Origin: a virus
Taxonomy: Duplodnaviria > Caudoviricetes
Virus record (IMG/VR): IMGVR_UViG_3300043394_000368
Span: 1 to 43,307 of that record
Strand: one strand, 5' to 3'
Length of the DNA stretch: 43,307 nucleotides
Of the stretch, positions 1-8,886 are shown piece after piece. The notes below the pieces were generated by a model that saw nothing but the letters and a program-made list of their open reading frames with translations, had not been told where the DNA came from and ran no database searches. The translations under genes and the position numbers were made by a program. The first letter of the stretch is position 1. Every line of letters starts with the position of its first letter.

Positions 1-301
1 TTTCTTGATAGGAATTGGTAAGATACCCATAAACACCAACCGATGTCAATATCATAAGGACAACGGCGGCACTCATAAGATAAATCTTGAATGTAGTTTT
101 TAGAGTTTTATAGTGGTCATGTAGAAATGTGATAACCACTAACTTTGAAAATTCAAGCATTCCGGCCATCCCCACGATTGACCAAGAACCACCAGAAAAT
201 AATTTGGATATACCGTAAACAGAATAGTATCCCGAAAATACTGCTAATCCGATAGCACAAAACCAGATTAGATTTTTCAGAGAGAATAGTTTACTTGACA
301 T
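1..301 (-). CDS. Multi-TM membrane protein, 5' part only (runs off window); conserved large-phage type
   Basis: Own translation from ATG at 301: MSSKLFSLKNLIWFCAIGLAVFSGYYSVYGISKLFSGG...LEFSKLVV...VLMILTSVGVYGYLTNSYQE; three hydrophobic segments, no stop before the window edge. Confidence 0.75.
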   Translation of the reverse strand, partial: MSSKLFSLKNLIWFCAIGLAVFSGYYSVYGISKLFSGGSWSIVGMAGMLEFSKLVVITFLHDHYKTLKTTFKIYLMSAAVVLMILTSVGVYGYLTNSYQE

Positions 302-362
302 TTTAATCCCATTATTGTTCATAATCATGTAACCATAAATATGAACTTTTGGGATTTATAGG

Positions 363-1268
363 TTAGATACCGTATTCAGTTAGGTATTGTTTGAGGGCTA
401 ATTCTTTGGCTTTACATTCTAACATAATATCAACATCATGTCCGTATGTGTTTATTTTTTCTAATATGTAATCAGCGTGCGCTTGTGGTTTTTCTTTCGG
501 ATTGTCTGTTTCTTTCAATCTCGATGATGAATAATGAACAACAGGCGTAATACCGTCTGGCCATGTTGAAATTGCAAGTTCAAGTGCTTGTTGTTCAGAT
601 AAGTCACCTGTGCAGAATTGGTGGTGGTGATAGTCAAATACAATAGGAATACCAACACATTCGTGAATACGAATAAGATCTTTTACTGAATACATATTTG
701 GCTTATCGTCATTTTCGATAGTCATTCTTGAACGAACACTATCGGATAATAGATGGAAGTTACGGCACCAACGGTCAAGTGAAGCAATCTTGTCACCATA
801 AACACCATTGCAATGTATATTGATTTTGTTGTAAGGTGTATGTGACAATCCCATCATATCGAATACTTTACCATGTAGTTCCAAGTCAATTATGGTATTC
901 TTTACAACATTTTCATTCGGTGAACATAGAACATTAAATGGACCAGGATGACATGATAAACGAATACCGTGTTCAGTTGCATAATCACCGATTCGTTTGA
1001 GAACAGTTTTGATTTCAGCAATATCGGGTAATGTTTCCAAGTCATATTCAGAACCCCAAGGAAATACATTTGATGATGTTCGGAAGAAATAGATACCGTT
1101 TTCAACATTCCATTTGAGTATGGTTTCCATATCACGAACATTTAGGAGAGCAAGTTCGGAACAATAATTGATACCTTTTTGTAGAAAGGTTTTCTTAATC
1201 ATTGAACGATTGGTGGTAATCTTATCTTTGGATAAGGTCATATTGATACAGGCATAACCGAGTTTCAT
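363..1268 (-). CDS. uvsE: UV DNA damage endonuclease (UvdE/UvsE family)
   Basis: Motifs LGYACIN, FFRTSS, RLSCHPGPFNVLCSP, INIHCNGVYGDK, IENDD, FDYHHH, HYSS, AHADY, MLECKAKE. Confidence 0.93.
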   Translation of the reverse strand: MKLGYACINMTLSKDKITTNRSMIKKTFLQKGINYCSELALLNVRDMETILKWNVENGIYFFRTSSNVFPWGSEYDLETLPDIAEIKTVLKRIGDYATEHGIRLSCHPGPFNVLCSPNENVVKNTIIDLELHGKVFDMMGLSHTPYNKINIHCNGVYGDKIASLDRWCRNFHLLSDSVRSRMTIENDDKPNMYSVKDLIRIHECVGIPIVFDYHHHQFCTGDLSEQQALELAISTWPDGITPVVHYSSSRLKETDNPKEKPQAHADYILEKINTYGHDVDIMLECKAKELALKQYLTEYGI

Positions 1269-1303
1269 AGTAGATTGGCGTTAATGTGTAATGTTTAATT
1301 CAA

Positions 1304-1338
1304 CACTAATATAAGGATCTTTCTTGTAAGATCAAAAT
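1304..1338 (-). promoter_or_regulatory. Bacteroidota-type sigma promoter for uvsE
   Basis: Minus strand reads TTTTGATCTTACAAGAAAGATCCTTATATTAGTG, a variant of the repeated TTTG-N19-TAnnTTTG motif. Confidence 0.7.
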
Positions 1339-1381
1339 AAAAAATCCCGTTGGTTTGCATTACTGCATTTCCAACGGGATT
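1336..1381 (-). terminator. Intrinsic terminator
   Basis: AATCCCGTTGG...CCAACGGGATT 11-bp stem followed by a T-run on the minus strand. Confidence 0.75.
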
Positions 1382-1405
1382 GCACCCATTCCGAACAATA
1401 GGTAA

Positions 1406-1933
1406 TTATGGTTTAACTCTATCACATGGAATCTTTCCAGTTGCCTTCCAAAGATTCCAAAGTGTGAGTTGGTCTTTTCTCAAATATACTTCAATGAAAA
1501 CAAATGTATTTTTTACACAAGTTTCCATTTTTTGACGATGCTCTTTTTCCAAATCTCTTTGTGATTGACGAAATTCAAATGTAAGTATTTCCATTTCCTT
1601 TTTAATTTCATCAGTTTTTTCTACACCACGATATTTTTCCATTTTTGAACGGTATTCTTCTCGTAATGTTTGGACGGCATCATTAAATTCGCCTTTACAT
1701 TCCATTGAACAAAGTCTTTCTTCTCGGATAATACTGTCAATTACTAATCTTTGTTCTCTTGTTAAATTAAGACATTCTAATGCTCTATACAATGGAACAC
1801 GACTTTTTACACTATCACGATTTGTAACAGGTGTTCTTTTTTCAAACATTGAAATATCTTGTGGTTGGTTGATGTTTTCGTTACAACCAAAAAATAACAA
1901 AGATACAAATAATATACTAATAAACTGTTTCAT
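1406..1933 (-). CDS. Putative lipoprotein, helical (Spy/CpxP-like appearance)
   Basis: MKQFISILFVSLLFFGC lipobox; LNLTREQ and LRKDQ motifs flank coiled helices. Confidence 0.55.
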   Translation of the reverse strand: MKQFISILFVSLLFFGCNENINQPQDISMFEKRTPVTNRDSVKSRVPLYRALECLNLTREQRLVIDSIIREERLCSMECKGEFNDAVQTLREEYRSKMEKYRGVEKTDEIKKEMEILTFEFRQSQRDLEKEHRQKMETCVKNTFVFIEVYLRKDQLTLWNLWKATGKIPCDRVKP

Positions 1934-1945
1934 AAATTCCTCAAA

Positions 1946-2563
1946 TTAAAAATCTTCTGTTGGATTATAGTCTAAACTGCCGGTAAATGAACCACTTGCA
2001 ATTAGTCTTATCGCTATGCCCATATCTTTATTTGCAGGGATAGTTGTAACGGAATTATTTGACCAGTACAATCTCACCGTGTTTGCTTCTTCACCACCAT
2101 GATCGGTTGTCCAAAAATTTGCACTCCAACCAAAATCCCAAAACTCACCATTTTCTTTAATATAACCACTTGGATTTCCAGTAAATCCACTTTGATTATT
2201 CCCATTACCCATTTGTCTGCGTAATGTATTCCAATTTTTTGAATTTTTTAACTTAAAACCTGCAATAGCATTTCCACCAAAAGCAGATGCTAATTCATTA
2301 AAATCACCAGTGCTTGGAACCTTAAATCCAACTGGAGCAATATCTCTGGATGAAGAAATTACATAATAATTGTATAATTTTCCATATTCTTCTTCATTGG
2401 ATGGATCAAAATTGTAATAACACCAAGCAGGTGTATTTGATGATGCAAGTTCAGCCCATTGATCTGATGCTGAACATTCGGTTATTGGTGTTCCATCTTG
2501 GAATGATTCTACTGCCAAATTTTCTTTTGTCCAAAATTGTGTGCCGATTTGAACGATTGCCAT
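1946..2563 (-). CDS. Fib_succ_major (FISUMP) domain protein
   Basis: VQIGTQFWTKENL, PAWCYYN, YGKLYNY, IAPVGFKVPS, NQSGFTGNPSG, ANFWT, GIAIRLI. Confidence 0.85.
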   Translation of the reverse strand: MAIVQIGTQFWTKENLAVESFQDGTPITECSASDQWAELASSNTPAWCYYNFDPSNEEEYGKLYNYYVISSSRDIAPVGFKVPSTGDFNELASAFGGNAIAGFKLKNSKNWNTLRRQMGNGNNQSGFTGNPSGYIKENGEFWDFGWSANFWTTDHGGEEANTVRLYWSNNSVTTIPANKDMGIAIRLIASGSFTGSLDYNPTEDF

Positions 2564-2626
2564 TAAATTCTCCTATGTTTTCATTAAATTTACAGATAAC
2601 CTTGCTATAAATATAAATCAAAGGAA

Positions 2627-2899
2627 TTAAACAGATTGTTTTTTATAGTTTCTTTTTGGTTTTTCAGAAACTTTTTTTTCAGTTTTAGGTTTTTTTGCCA
2701 TTTTAGCATTGTGCTCTTTCGCCATTTTCTTCACTTTTTGTCTTTCAAATTCGTCATCATAATCATGGATAGTTTTAATAATCAATTTCTTGTCTTCAAG
2801 TTCAGTTAATACTTCCGTGAATTTATCACGATAATAAAACCACACACTACCACCACCAACTAATAATCCGCAAACTGCAGAAATGATAAGTTCTAACAT
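2627..2899 (-). CDS. Small membrane-anchored protein with Lys-rich tail
   Basis: N-terminal TM segment, basic C-terminus, GGAG-type RBS upstream. Confidence 0.6.
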   Translation of the reverse strand: MLELIISAVCGLLVGGGSVWFYYRDKFTEVLTELEDKKLIIKTIHDYDDEFERQKVKKMAKEHNAKMAKKPKTEKKVSEKPKRNYKKQSV

Positions 2900-2911
2900 A
2901 ACCTTCTCCTT

Positions 2912-3445
2912 TTATTTGGTTATTGAAAAAATATATTTACCTTCATAAACTTTTTTTATAGTAACTGTATTGTATAATTGTGTAAAGTGTTGAAATAAAT
3001 ACACCATACTATACTTGAATATAGGCGTTGGTTTTTCTGAAATAGTAAATAATACATTATCAGAAAATTCCAAACAAGACCGTATAACACTATCTATGAA
3101 TTGGTATTGTCTTTCACTATAAATGGGTTTATCAAAAACGCCAGTAATTAAACTCCAATTATATCGTTCATCGGTTATGTTGTCAATATGTTCTTGCATA
3201 GACTCATTAACCGAAATCCAAGGTTGAGTTCTTTCCATTGGTTGAAATCTACTAAATAAAGTTTCTATTTCTTCCTTTATATCAACCGCCGTATATTGAA
3301 TATCCAACCCAAGTTCATCCAATGTTTCAAGTAAAAATAAATCTTGATCACAGGCACCAAAATGTATTACACTTTCATATTGGCCTATTCCACAATATAT
3401 TAGTTCTTTAGCAATTCTATTTTTTAATTGATATTCTTCTATCAT
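2912..3445 (-). CDS. Class I SAM-dependent methyltransferase-like protein (possibly degenerate)
   Basis: SVIHFGAC (motif I-like), YTAVDI, YNWSLITGVF. Confidence 0.5.
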   Translation of the reverse strand: MIEEYQLKNRIAKELIYCGIGQYESVIHFGACDQDLFLLETLDELGLDIQYTAVDIKEEIETLFSRFQPMERTQPWISVNESMQEHIDNITDERYNWSLITGVFDKPIYSERQYQFIDSVIRSCLEFSDNVLFTISEKPTPIFKYSMVYLFQHFTQLYNTVTIKKVYEGKYIFSITK

Positions 3446-3455
3446 TTTATTTACC

Positions 3456-4127
3456 TCAATTATTTTTCCAATTCAATGCTTCGGATATGTTAGGAAATTG
3501 ATTAACAAAAATTGATTTTATAGCATCAGCTATCTGTCTATGTTCCAACTGTGTATCAAGTGAACATCGTAGTTCAAGATAATGAATCCAACTACGAACA
3601 GAACCTTTCATATACATAGTTGTTTCGGTTGAAAGTGGAAGAACATCACGAGCAGTTTCTCTCGAAACTCCTTGTTTTATTAACTTATCATATAACATTT
3701 TTGAATTTGCAAAGTGCTGTTCGATGTCTCTTTGTAATAAGAAGTCCGGTATCGGTTCTTCACTACTTTGTCTATTTGTTTTTCCTTGTTTTCTCATTTG
3801 AATTGGTTGTATTTCTGTAGCAGTTGAATATCTTTGAGAAAATTCTTGGAATGAAAATGATTTGTGACGAAGTATTTGAGCAGCAATACTTCTACGAGTA
3901 ACTATCTCAAATGTAACATCAACAAATTCAAATGGAGACCAGTGTTTATGTTTAATCAAATAGTTTATCAGTTTAGGAGCAGTTTCCATATTCATCTGAT
4001 TAGATGGATTACTTACTCTTGCAATATAAACTATCAATTCCTCTGGTGATATTATCTTGAAATTACCATTAAAATCACCTTCCATTAGCGAGGTTGGTTC
4101 TGTAATCGAAACTAATTTTACGGACAT
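3456..4127 (-). CDS. thyX: FAD-dependent thymidylate synthase
   Basis: HWSPFE, QILRHKSFSFQEFSQRY ThyX signature, ARDVLP, GSVRSWIHYLELR, TQLEH. Confidence 0.95.
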   Translation of the reverse strand: MSVKLVSITEPTSLMEGDFNGNFKIISPEELIVYIARVSNPSNQMNMETAPKLINYLIKHKHWSPFEFVDVTFEIVTRRSIAAQILRHKSFSFQEFSQRYSTATEIQPIQMRKQGKTNRQSSEEPIPDFLLQRDIEQHFANSKMLYDKLIKQGVSRETARDVLPLSTETTMYMKGSVRSWIHYLELRCSLDTQLEHRQIADAIKSIFVNQFPNISEALNWKNN

Positions 4128-4130
4128 AAC

Positions 4131-4604
4131 TTATTTTTTACCTTTATTTATTTTTATCAATTTTATATTGATACCATTTTTGTCTTCTGTTATTATTACT
4201 GAATGGTCACCTGAATATAATATCATTGTTAGCCATTTCAAAAATTTGTTTATATCAGTATCAATTGGATCATTAAAATTTTCTTTTTTATCTTTGGGAT
4301 TCTTTTTACTGAAAAAATCTTCTGGATTTTTCATCATTTCATTTTCAAATGTTTCATCATCAGAATTTTTTATTTCTGGTGGTGGCATCATAAAATCTCT
4401 TTCTTCATCATCATCTAGTTCTTCTTTGCGTTTTTCTTTTATTTTACGCATTATATCTTCGAGTGTATAAAAATCATAAATCTGATTAAAGTTATCAAGA
4501 AATTTTCTTAAATCTTTTTCTTTTAACTTTTCATCTTTTCCTCCACGCAAATTTACTTCATAGTAATTTAACATGGATTTTAATTTATGTTCTTGTTTTG
4601 TCAT
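4131..4604 (-). CDS. Hypothetical protein
   Basis: 157-aa ORF in the operon frame, charged low-complexity middle. Confidence 0.6.
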   Translation of the reverse strand: MTKQEHKLKSMLNYYEVNLRGGKDEKLKEKDLRKFLDNFNQIYDFYTLEDIMRKIKEKRKEELDDDEERDFMMPPPEIKNSDDETFENEMMKNPEDFFSKKNPKDKKENFNDPIDTDINKFLKWLTMILYSGDHSVIITEDKNGINIKLIKINKGKK

Positions 4605-4836
4605 TATTTTGCCTTTTAATTGTATCTATGACTTCAATATACTCATAATTGCCGTGTTTAATTTGATTGATTGAATACTCTTTAAGTTCTTTGCAAATTT
4701 TTTGATTATTACCAAATGTGTTTGCCATATCAATCATTGTTTCTTTTGTATGTATGTGACTTGGTTTCATAATATCCAATCGTAGTGCAAACCACATTCC
4801 AACAAACCCCAATATAAATGATGTAATTACTTCCAC
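4585..4836 (-). CDS. Hypothetical membrane-anchored protein
   Basis: GTG start, GGAG upstream, N-terminal hydrophobic segment. Confidence 0.55.
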   Translation of the reverse strand: MEVITSFILGFVGMWFALRLDIMKPSHIHTKETMIDMANTFGNNQKICKELKEYSINQIKHGNYEYIEVIDTIKRQNNDKTRT

Positions 4837-4969
4837 CTAAATCTCCAAATTTGAATAACTAACTTTACAGATAAATAGATATGTTACGAGAGAAAAATGG
4901 TCGGTATGTAAAAATATGTCTCAAATTTAGTAAACATTTGAGACAAAATCTCTCGTATATTATCTGGTA

Positions 4970-5476
4970 TTAGCCAGTAATATAACCTTTCAATTTAAGA
5001 TCTTTGTAGACCTCTTTTGAAACTTTATTCCAATAGTGCTTAGTAGCACCTTTTTTATGTCCATTAGGACCTCCATTCCACTTCCGTGCAATGATTTCCA
5101 TATCACTCATTGTGATGGTTTCCCAGTTAATGTTGGGATTGTAGAAATTCTGAAAAATCCAAAACATTTGTTCTGACTTTTCAGGATTTAGCCTATCTTG
5201 TAAAGTAAAAGTTTTTTTAATACCTTTAATTTTACAGATACGGTTCACTTCCTTCACCATTACTGGTAAAATTTGTACTATACCAAGTGAACCATCCTTT
5301 GATCGTGCGGTTGCATTGCCTTTTGACTCAACCCAAACGATAGATGAATATAACACATTCTTCATTGTTGCTGCTTTAACTTCAGCACTTCTATTAACAG
5401 TAGTAGTCATTGCTACTAATGGAAAACAAAAGCCAATCAAGAACAATGCTATAACCCGTTTACATTTGTTAGTCAT
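4970..5476 (-). CDS. Secreted lytic transglycosylase / lysozyme-like protein
   Basis: Signal peptide; IVWVESKGN (catalytic Glu), GIVQI, ARKWNGGP, YWNKV. Confidence 0.75.
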   Translation of the reverse strand: MTNKCKRVIALFLIGFCFPLVAMTTTVNRSAEVKAATMKNVLYSSIVWVESKGNATARSKDGSLGIVQILPVMVKEVNRICKIKGIKKTFTLQDRLNPEKSEQMFWIFQNFYNPNINWETITMSDMEIIARKWNGGPNGHKKGATKHYWNKVSKEVYKDLKLKGYITG

Positions 5477-5765
5477 AATCTTGTCCTCATTTATGGATAA
5501 TATATTTAACGAACCATTCTGTTGGTATCAACAAAATGGTTAAAACATATACCGACCATGTTTTCAAAGAACGAACTTTGAGTATCTTTCAAAGATATGG
5601 AAAATATAAATATAAAGCAAGCAATTTTTTACTTAATATATCTATAATAATTAGATCTATAGATCTATATTAGATCTAGATCTGATCACTTTCTTTGTGT
5701 TCACACTTTCTCCGTGTTCACTGGCAAGATAATAAATTTTACCTATATGATCAAAGCAATATCTA

Positions 5766-6419
5766 CTACCAAGCAAGCACATTTGGATATTTTCGCATTT
5801 TCTTAATTGGCGTTTGGACATAATCATATTTGTTACCACGATATAGAAATGTTGAACCACCACCGTCCATGTTGATGGCATCCTTACAACCTAATTCTAA
5901 TAATCTCTTGGGTAAATCAATTACTCTGATACCTGTATTGATGTAGATAAACACACTATCTGGATGATGACTGCCAAACACCGTTCTCGGCCGTCTGGCT
6001 GTTGTAAAACTGTTATTTCGTATCTTTTGTGGTAAACTATCCTTAACGAGTAATGGCGTTCCTGCAAAGATGTATTTTGACCATATCGCTGGTATGCCAG
6101 TATGGTCGCTGAAGTGTAGATGTGGTCTTAAATTCGGAACACCGTAATCATGTGGATCATCAATTGATACGAATGGCCACCTATAAGGGTTATTAGGCCG
6201 AATATAATCATGGTTTTTGAATGGTGGAACTGCTGATTTGGTTGTAAAGAATGATAGATTAACCATATTTCTCAATTTATACTTTACAGAATACCACGAT
6301 GGGTGGCGAAGTGTATCAGATGAAAAAACATGAACCTCATTTACTGCCAACTTAATCACCCACTCTTTCCCCCAAATTGTAGGCGTTAGTAATAATAATA
6401 ATAAAATCAATCTTAACAT
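5766..6419 (-). CDS. Phosphodiester glycosidase (NAGPA/DUF2233-like), secreted
   Basis: AGTPLLVKD, RPRTVFG, LGCKDAINMDGGGST; likely start MLRLILLLLLL at 6419 (signal peptide). Confidence 0.8.
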   Translation of the reverse strand: MLRLILLLLLLTPTIWGKEWVIKLAVNEVHVFSSDTLRHPSWYSVKYKLRNMVNLSFFTTKSAVPPFKNHDYIRPNNPYRWPFVSIDDPHDYGVPNLRPHLHFSDHTGIPAIWSKYIFAGTPLLVKDSLPQKIRNNSFTTARRPRTVFGSHHPDSVFIYINTGIRVIDLPKRLLELGCKDAINMDGGGSTFLYRGNKYDYVQTPIKKMRKYPNVLAW

Positions 6420-6545
6420 CGTATTCCCTTGTTGAAAATAATAACTATCATAAAAAATTTCAAAAATTGCTTGCTTTGTATTTGCCGATTTCATATATTC
6501 GTATCAAATATAATCATTTTATTTCACATTCCCAAAGGAATTGTT

Positions 6546-6752
6546 ATGGCGTTCTACCTCGCAAAAGTTCAATTTGAAATCACAAATGAACAAGGTAAAG
6601 TAAAAAAGCACAACCGCACTTATGTAGTTGATGCAGTTTCTGTAACTGATGCTGAAGTTTTGGTAAATAAGTACCTAAAAGACAGTACCGAACCGTTTGA
6701 AGTTAAAACTATTGCTGAATCAAAAATTGTGGACTGTATCTATGAACAATAA
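6546..6752 (+). CDS. DUF4494-like protein (Bacteroidota family)
   Basis: FYLAKVQFEITNEQGKVKKHNRTYVVDAVSVTDAE; AAGGA RBS; promoter variant at about 6472-6503. Confidence 0.7.
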   Translation: MAFYLAKVQFEITNEQGKVKKHNRTYVVDAVSVTDAEVLVNKYLKDSTEPFEVKTIAESKIVDCIYEQ

Positions 6753-7185
6753 CTTTGAAAAAATGTTAGAAGAATTTTCTTCTATTTTTGAACTTGCAAA
6801 AAAATCATCCAATTTAGAGGAATTAAAAATTCATTATATTTCTTTTGAAGAAAAAAGAGAAATTATATTTGAATGGATAATGACAAATAATACAAGTGAT
6901 GAAGAAAAAAGTGAATACTTATCTCGGTTTGCCAATTATGAACATGACCTTTGGGTTGATTCCGAAACAAAAACACTAATCGGTGAAATACCTATTTTTG
7001 ATGATACCATTTATTTTGAAGACATTGAAAAAATGTTTGATGATTATGGCTCATATTTTCAAAGATATGGGTGTCTTGTTCCAGATCAAATAGTATCTTG
7101 GGATAAAGATAATGTGCTTTTCAATGATGAATTTGGTAATATAGAAATCATCAAGCGTCCAGATGTAATTGTAAATGGTGTATAA
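6742..7185 (+). CDS. Hypothetical acidic protein
   Basis: ORF from the ATG overlapping the upstream gene end. Confidence 0.6.
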   Translation: MNNNFEKMLEEFSSIFELAKKSSNLEELKIHYISFEEKREIIFEWIMTNNTSDEEKSEYLSRFANYEHDLWVDSETKTLIGEIPIFDDTIYFEDIEKMFDDYGSYFQRYGCLVPDQIVSWDKDNVLFNDEFGNIEIIKRPDVIVNGV

Positions 7186-7198
7186 CCAAAAATTCAAT

Positions 7199-7290
7199 TA
7201 AGTCTTTTATTTTCAAGGATTTACGTCATTTTCGGCGTAAGTCCTTTATTTTTATAGACTTATCATAACTCATTAAAAATCAACCACTTA
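7199..7290. repeat. Three 25-bp TAA-N19-TTA quasi-palindromic sites
   Basis: 7199 TAAGTCTTTTATTTTCAAGGATTTA; 7238 TAAGTCCTTTATTTTTATAGACTTA; 7266 TAACTCATTAAAAATCAACCACTTA. Confidence 0.75.
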
Positions 7291-7307
7291 AAAATTTTTT
7301 TTATTAT

Positions 7308-7631
7308 TGCTTTGATCTTACAAAACAATGCCTTATATTTGTAGTATAAAATGATAACAACCAACACAAATATAAACAAATTTTCAAAATTATTTCAAAA
7401 AGTGCTTTGATCTTAATGCGAAATGCCTTATATTTGTAGTGTAAGTTAATCAACAACCAACGGAAAAACAATATGAAATACCTAAAAAACACTCTAACTA
7501 CCTTATTTTTCATGGTGTTATGTTACGGCGTGACTGTTCCAGACATGAAACCAGTGGTAAAAGACACAACAAAAACAGTAAAAAAAGAAAAATAATGCTT
7601 TGATCTTACAAAAAAATGCCCTACATTTGTA
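7308..7631 (+). promoter_or_regulatory. Three tandem Bacteroidota-type promoters (7308, 7403, 7596)
   Basis: TGCTTTGATCTTA-N-TATATTTGTA; -33 TTTG and -7 TAnnTTTG with a 19-nt spacer. Confidence 0.88.
7473..7595 (+). CDS. 40-aa small hydrophobic protein (not in ORF track)
   Basis: MKYLKNTLTTLFFMVLCYGVTVPDMKPVVKDTTKTVKKEK; lies between two promoter copies with GGAAAAACAAT leader. Confidence 0.55.
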   Translation: MKYLKNTLTTLFFMVLCYGVTVPDMKPVVKDTTKTVKKEK

Positions 7632-7668
7632 GTATAAAATGATAACAACCACAATCAAGGAAAACACA

Positions 7669-7989
7669 ATGAGACAAGTAACCAGATTAGCCGTATCAAA
7701 TTGGCTTATGCGTAAGAAATTTCGTAGAGACAATACACATACAGACGGCGATACCCTATATCTTCACAATAACCCTATCGCACAAATTGATTCAGATGGA
7801 AATGTTTTCATCCGTTCTGCTGGTTGGGAAACAAAGACAACCAGAGAGAGACTTAACGGTGTTCCGGGTGTCCGTATCAACCAGAAAAACTGGCAATGGT
7901 ATCTCAATGGTCAAACATGGGTAAATTCTCACCAATGGACATATATTGGCAAATGGTCACCTGAAAATGGTGGCATGATTATTCAATAA
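7669..7989 (+). CDS. Conserved hypothetical phage early protein
   Basis: AAGGAAAACACA-ATG; LYLHNNPIA...GWETKTTRERLNG pattern typical of small phage proteins. Confidence 0.7.
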   Translation: MRQVTRLAVSNWLMRKKFRRDNTHTDGDTLYLHNNPIAQIDSDGNVFIRSAGWETKTTRERLNGVPGVRINQKNWQWYLNGQTWVNSHQWTYIGKWSPENGGMIIQ

Positions 7990-8009
7990 TTTAGTCAATA
8001 ATTTAGGAA

Positions 8010-8540
8010 ATGTATATGAAAAAGAAAGTAGAATTGAAACGAGCAAAAAGACACGAAGCTATCAAGATGAAAACAGTAACCTGTGAAGGTGGTAGCCCCA
8101 AAAGTAAGTGGTATTCCGGCCGTGACTGTAATGAGAAGATGCGTGTAATGGACAACATTGTTTCTGCTGTTTGTTGGAAATGTGTTGCATCAAAGATTCC
8201 TGGCCCACAGATCAATGAGAAAAATGTTGCTACAGGTTTTCCTCGTGGCTGGAAGTTTTTTAAGGAATTCGTGCACGAAGATGGTCGTGTCTTTCATAAG
8301 GGCGAAGAACAACCTAAATTGCGTGGAACATTGCCGCCTACTGAAATCAAGGTTGTTGTAAACAAACCAAGAAAGAAGAAAGAAACACTTGATGATAAAA
8401 TTTCAACCGAAATTGTAAAAAAAATGCGTAAAACCAAACCGGCCAAGAAGGCAGACAAAAAACCTGCCAAGGCAAAAACAACAAAGGCAACCAAGACAAA
8501 AACTATCAAACCAACAAAGACAACGAGGAGAAAGAAATGA
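8010..8540 (+). CDS. Cys-containing basic protein with histone H1-like K/A/T/P tail
   Basis: C..C..CWKC, GFPRGWKFFKEFV core, tail KTKPAKKADKKPAKAKTTKATKTKT. Confidence 0.7.
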   Translation: MYMKKKVELKRAKRHEAIKMKTVTCEGGSPKSKWYSGRDCNEKMRVMDNIVSAVCWKCVASKIPGPQINEKNVATGFPRGWKFFKEFVHEDGRVFHKGEEQPKLRGTLPPTEIKVVVNKPRKKKETLDDKISTEIVKKMRKTKPAKKADKKPAKAKTTKATKTKTIKPTKTTRRKK

Positions 8541-8815
8541 TTGAAACACCAGAAGGAAAGTTTTATACTGTCCCGGAAGTCGCAAAGATTCTCGGTTATT
8601 CGTTTCAGTATGTTCGTAAATTGATAAACGGCAGACTCCGAAAATACCAATCATACAAAATATATGAGAAACCAGTAGTTGATCAGTCTCTTGTTCTTCA
8701 TGTTCGTAAAGAGAACCAAAAGACAGTGAAATACTTGATACATGAAAATGCAGTCAAGTCTTTGGTAGAAAAAAAGTTACAAAAAATAAAAAATAATGCT
8801 TTGATCTTATCGTAA
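8537..8815 (+). CDS. Excisionase-like helix-turn-helix DNA-binding protein
   Basis: FYTVPEVAKILGYSFQYVRKLINGRL. Confidence 0.75.
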   Translation: MIETPEGKFYTVPEVAKILGYSFQYVRKLINGRLRKYQSYKIYEKPVVDQSLVLHVRKENQKTVKYLIHENAVKSLVEKKLQKIKNNALILS

Positions 8816-8832
8816 AATTACTTATATTTGTA
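8797..8832 (+). promoter_or_regulatory. Bacteroidota-type promoter for the AAA/VWA operon
   Basis: TGCTTTGATCTTATCGTAAAATTACTTATATTTGTA. Confidence 0.85.
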
Positions 8833-8886
8833 TATCAAAATTGATAAAATAACAACCATTAAACAACCAATTAAGGAAACTGTCTT

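Noticed and set aside
7304-7733. Minus-strand ORFs with YKYKAF/TNIRH motifs (also 18354-18632 and 25372-25611)
   Set aside because: The apparent protein similarity is only the antisense translation of the promoter repeat
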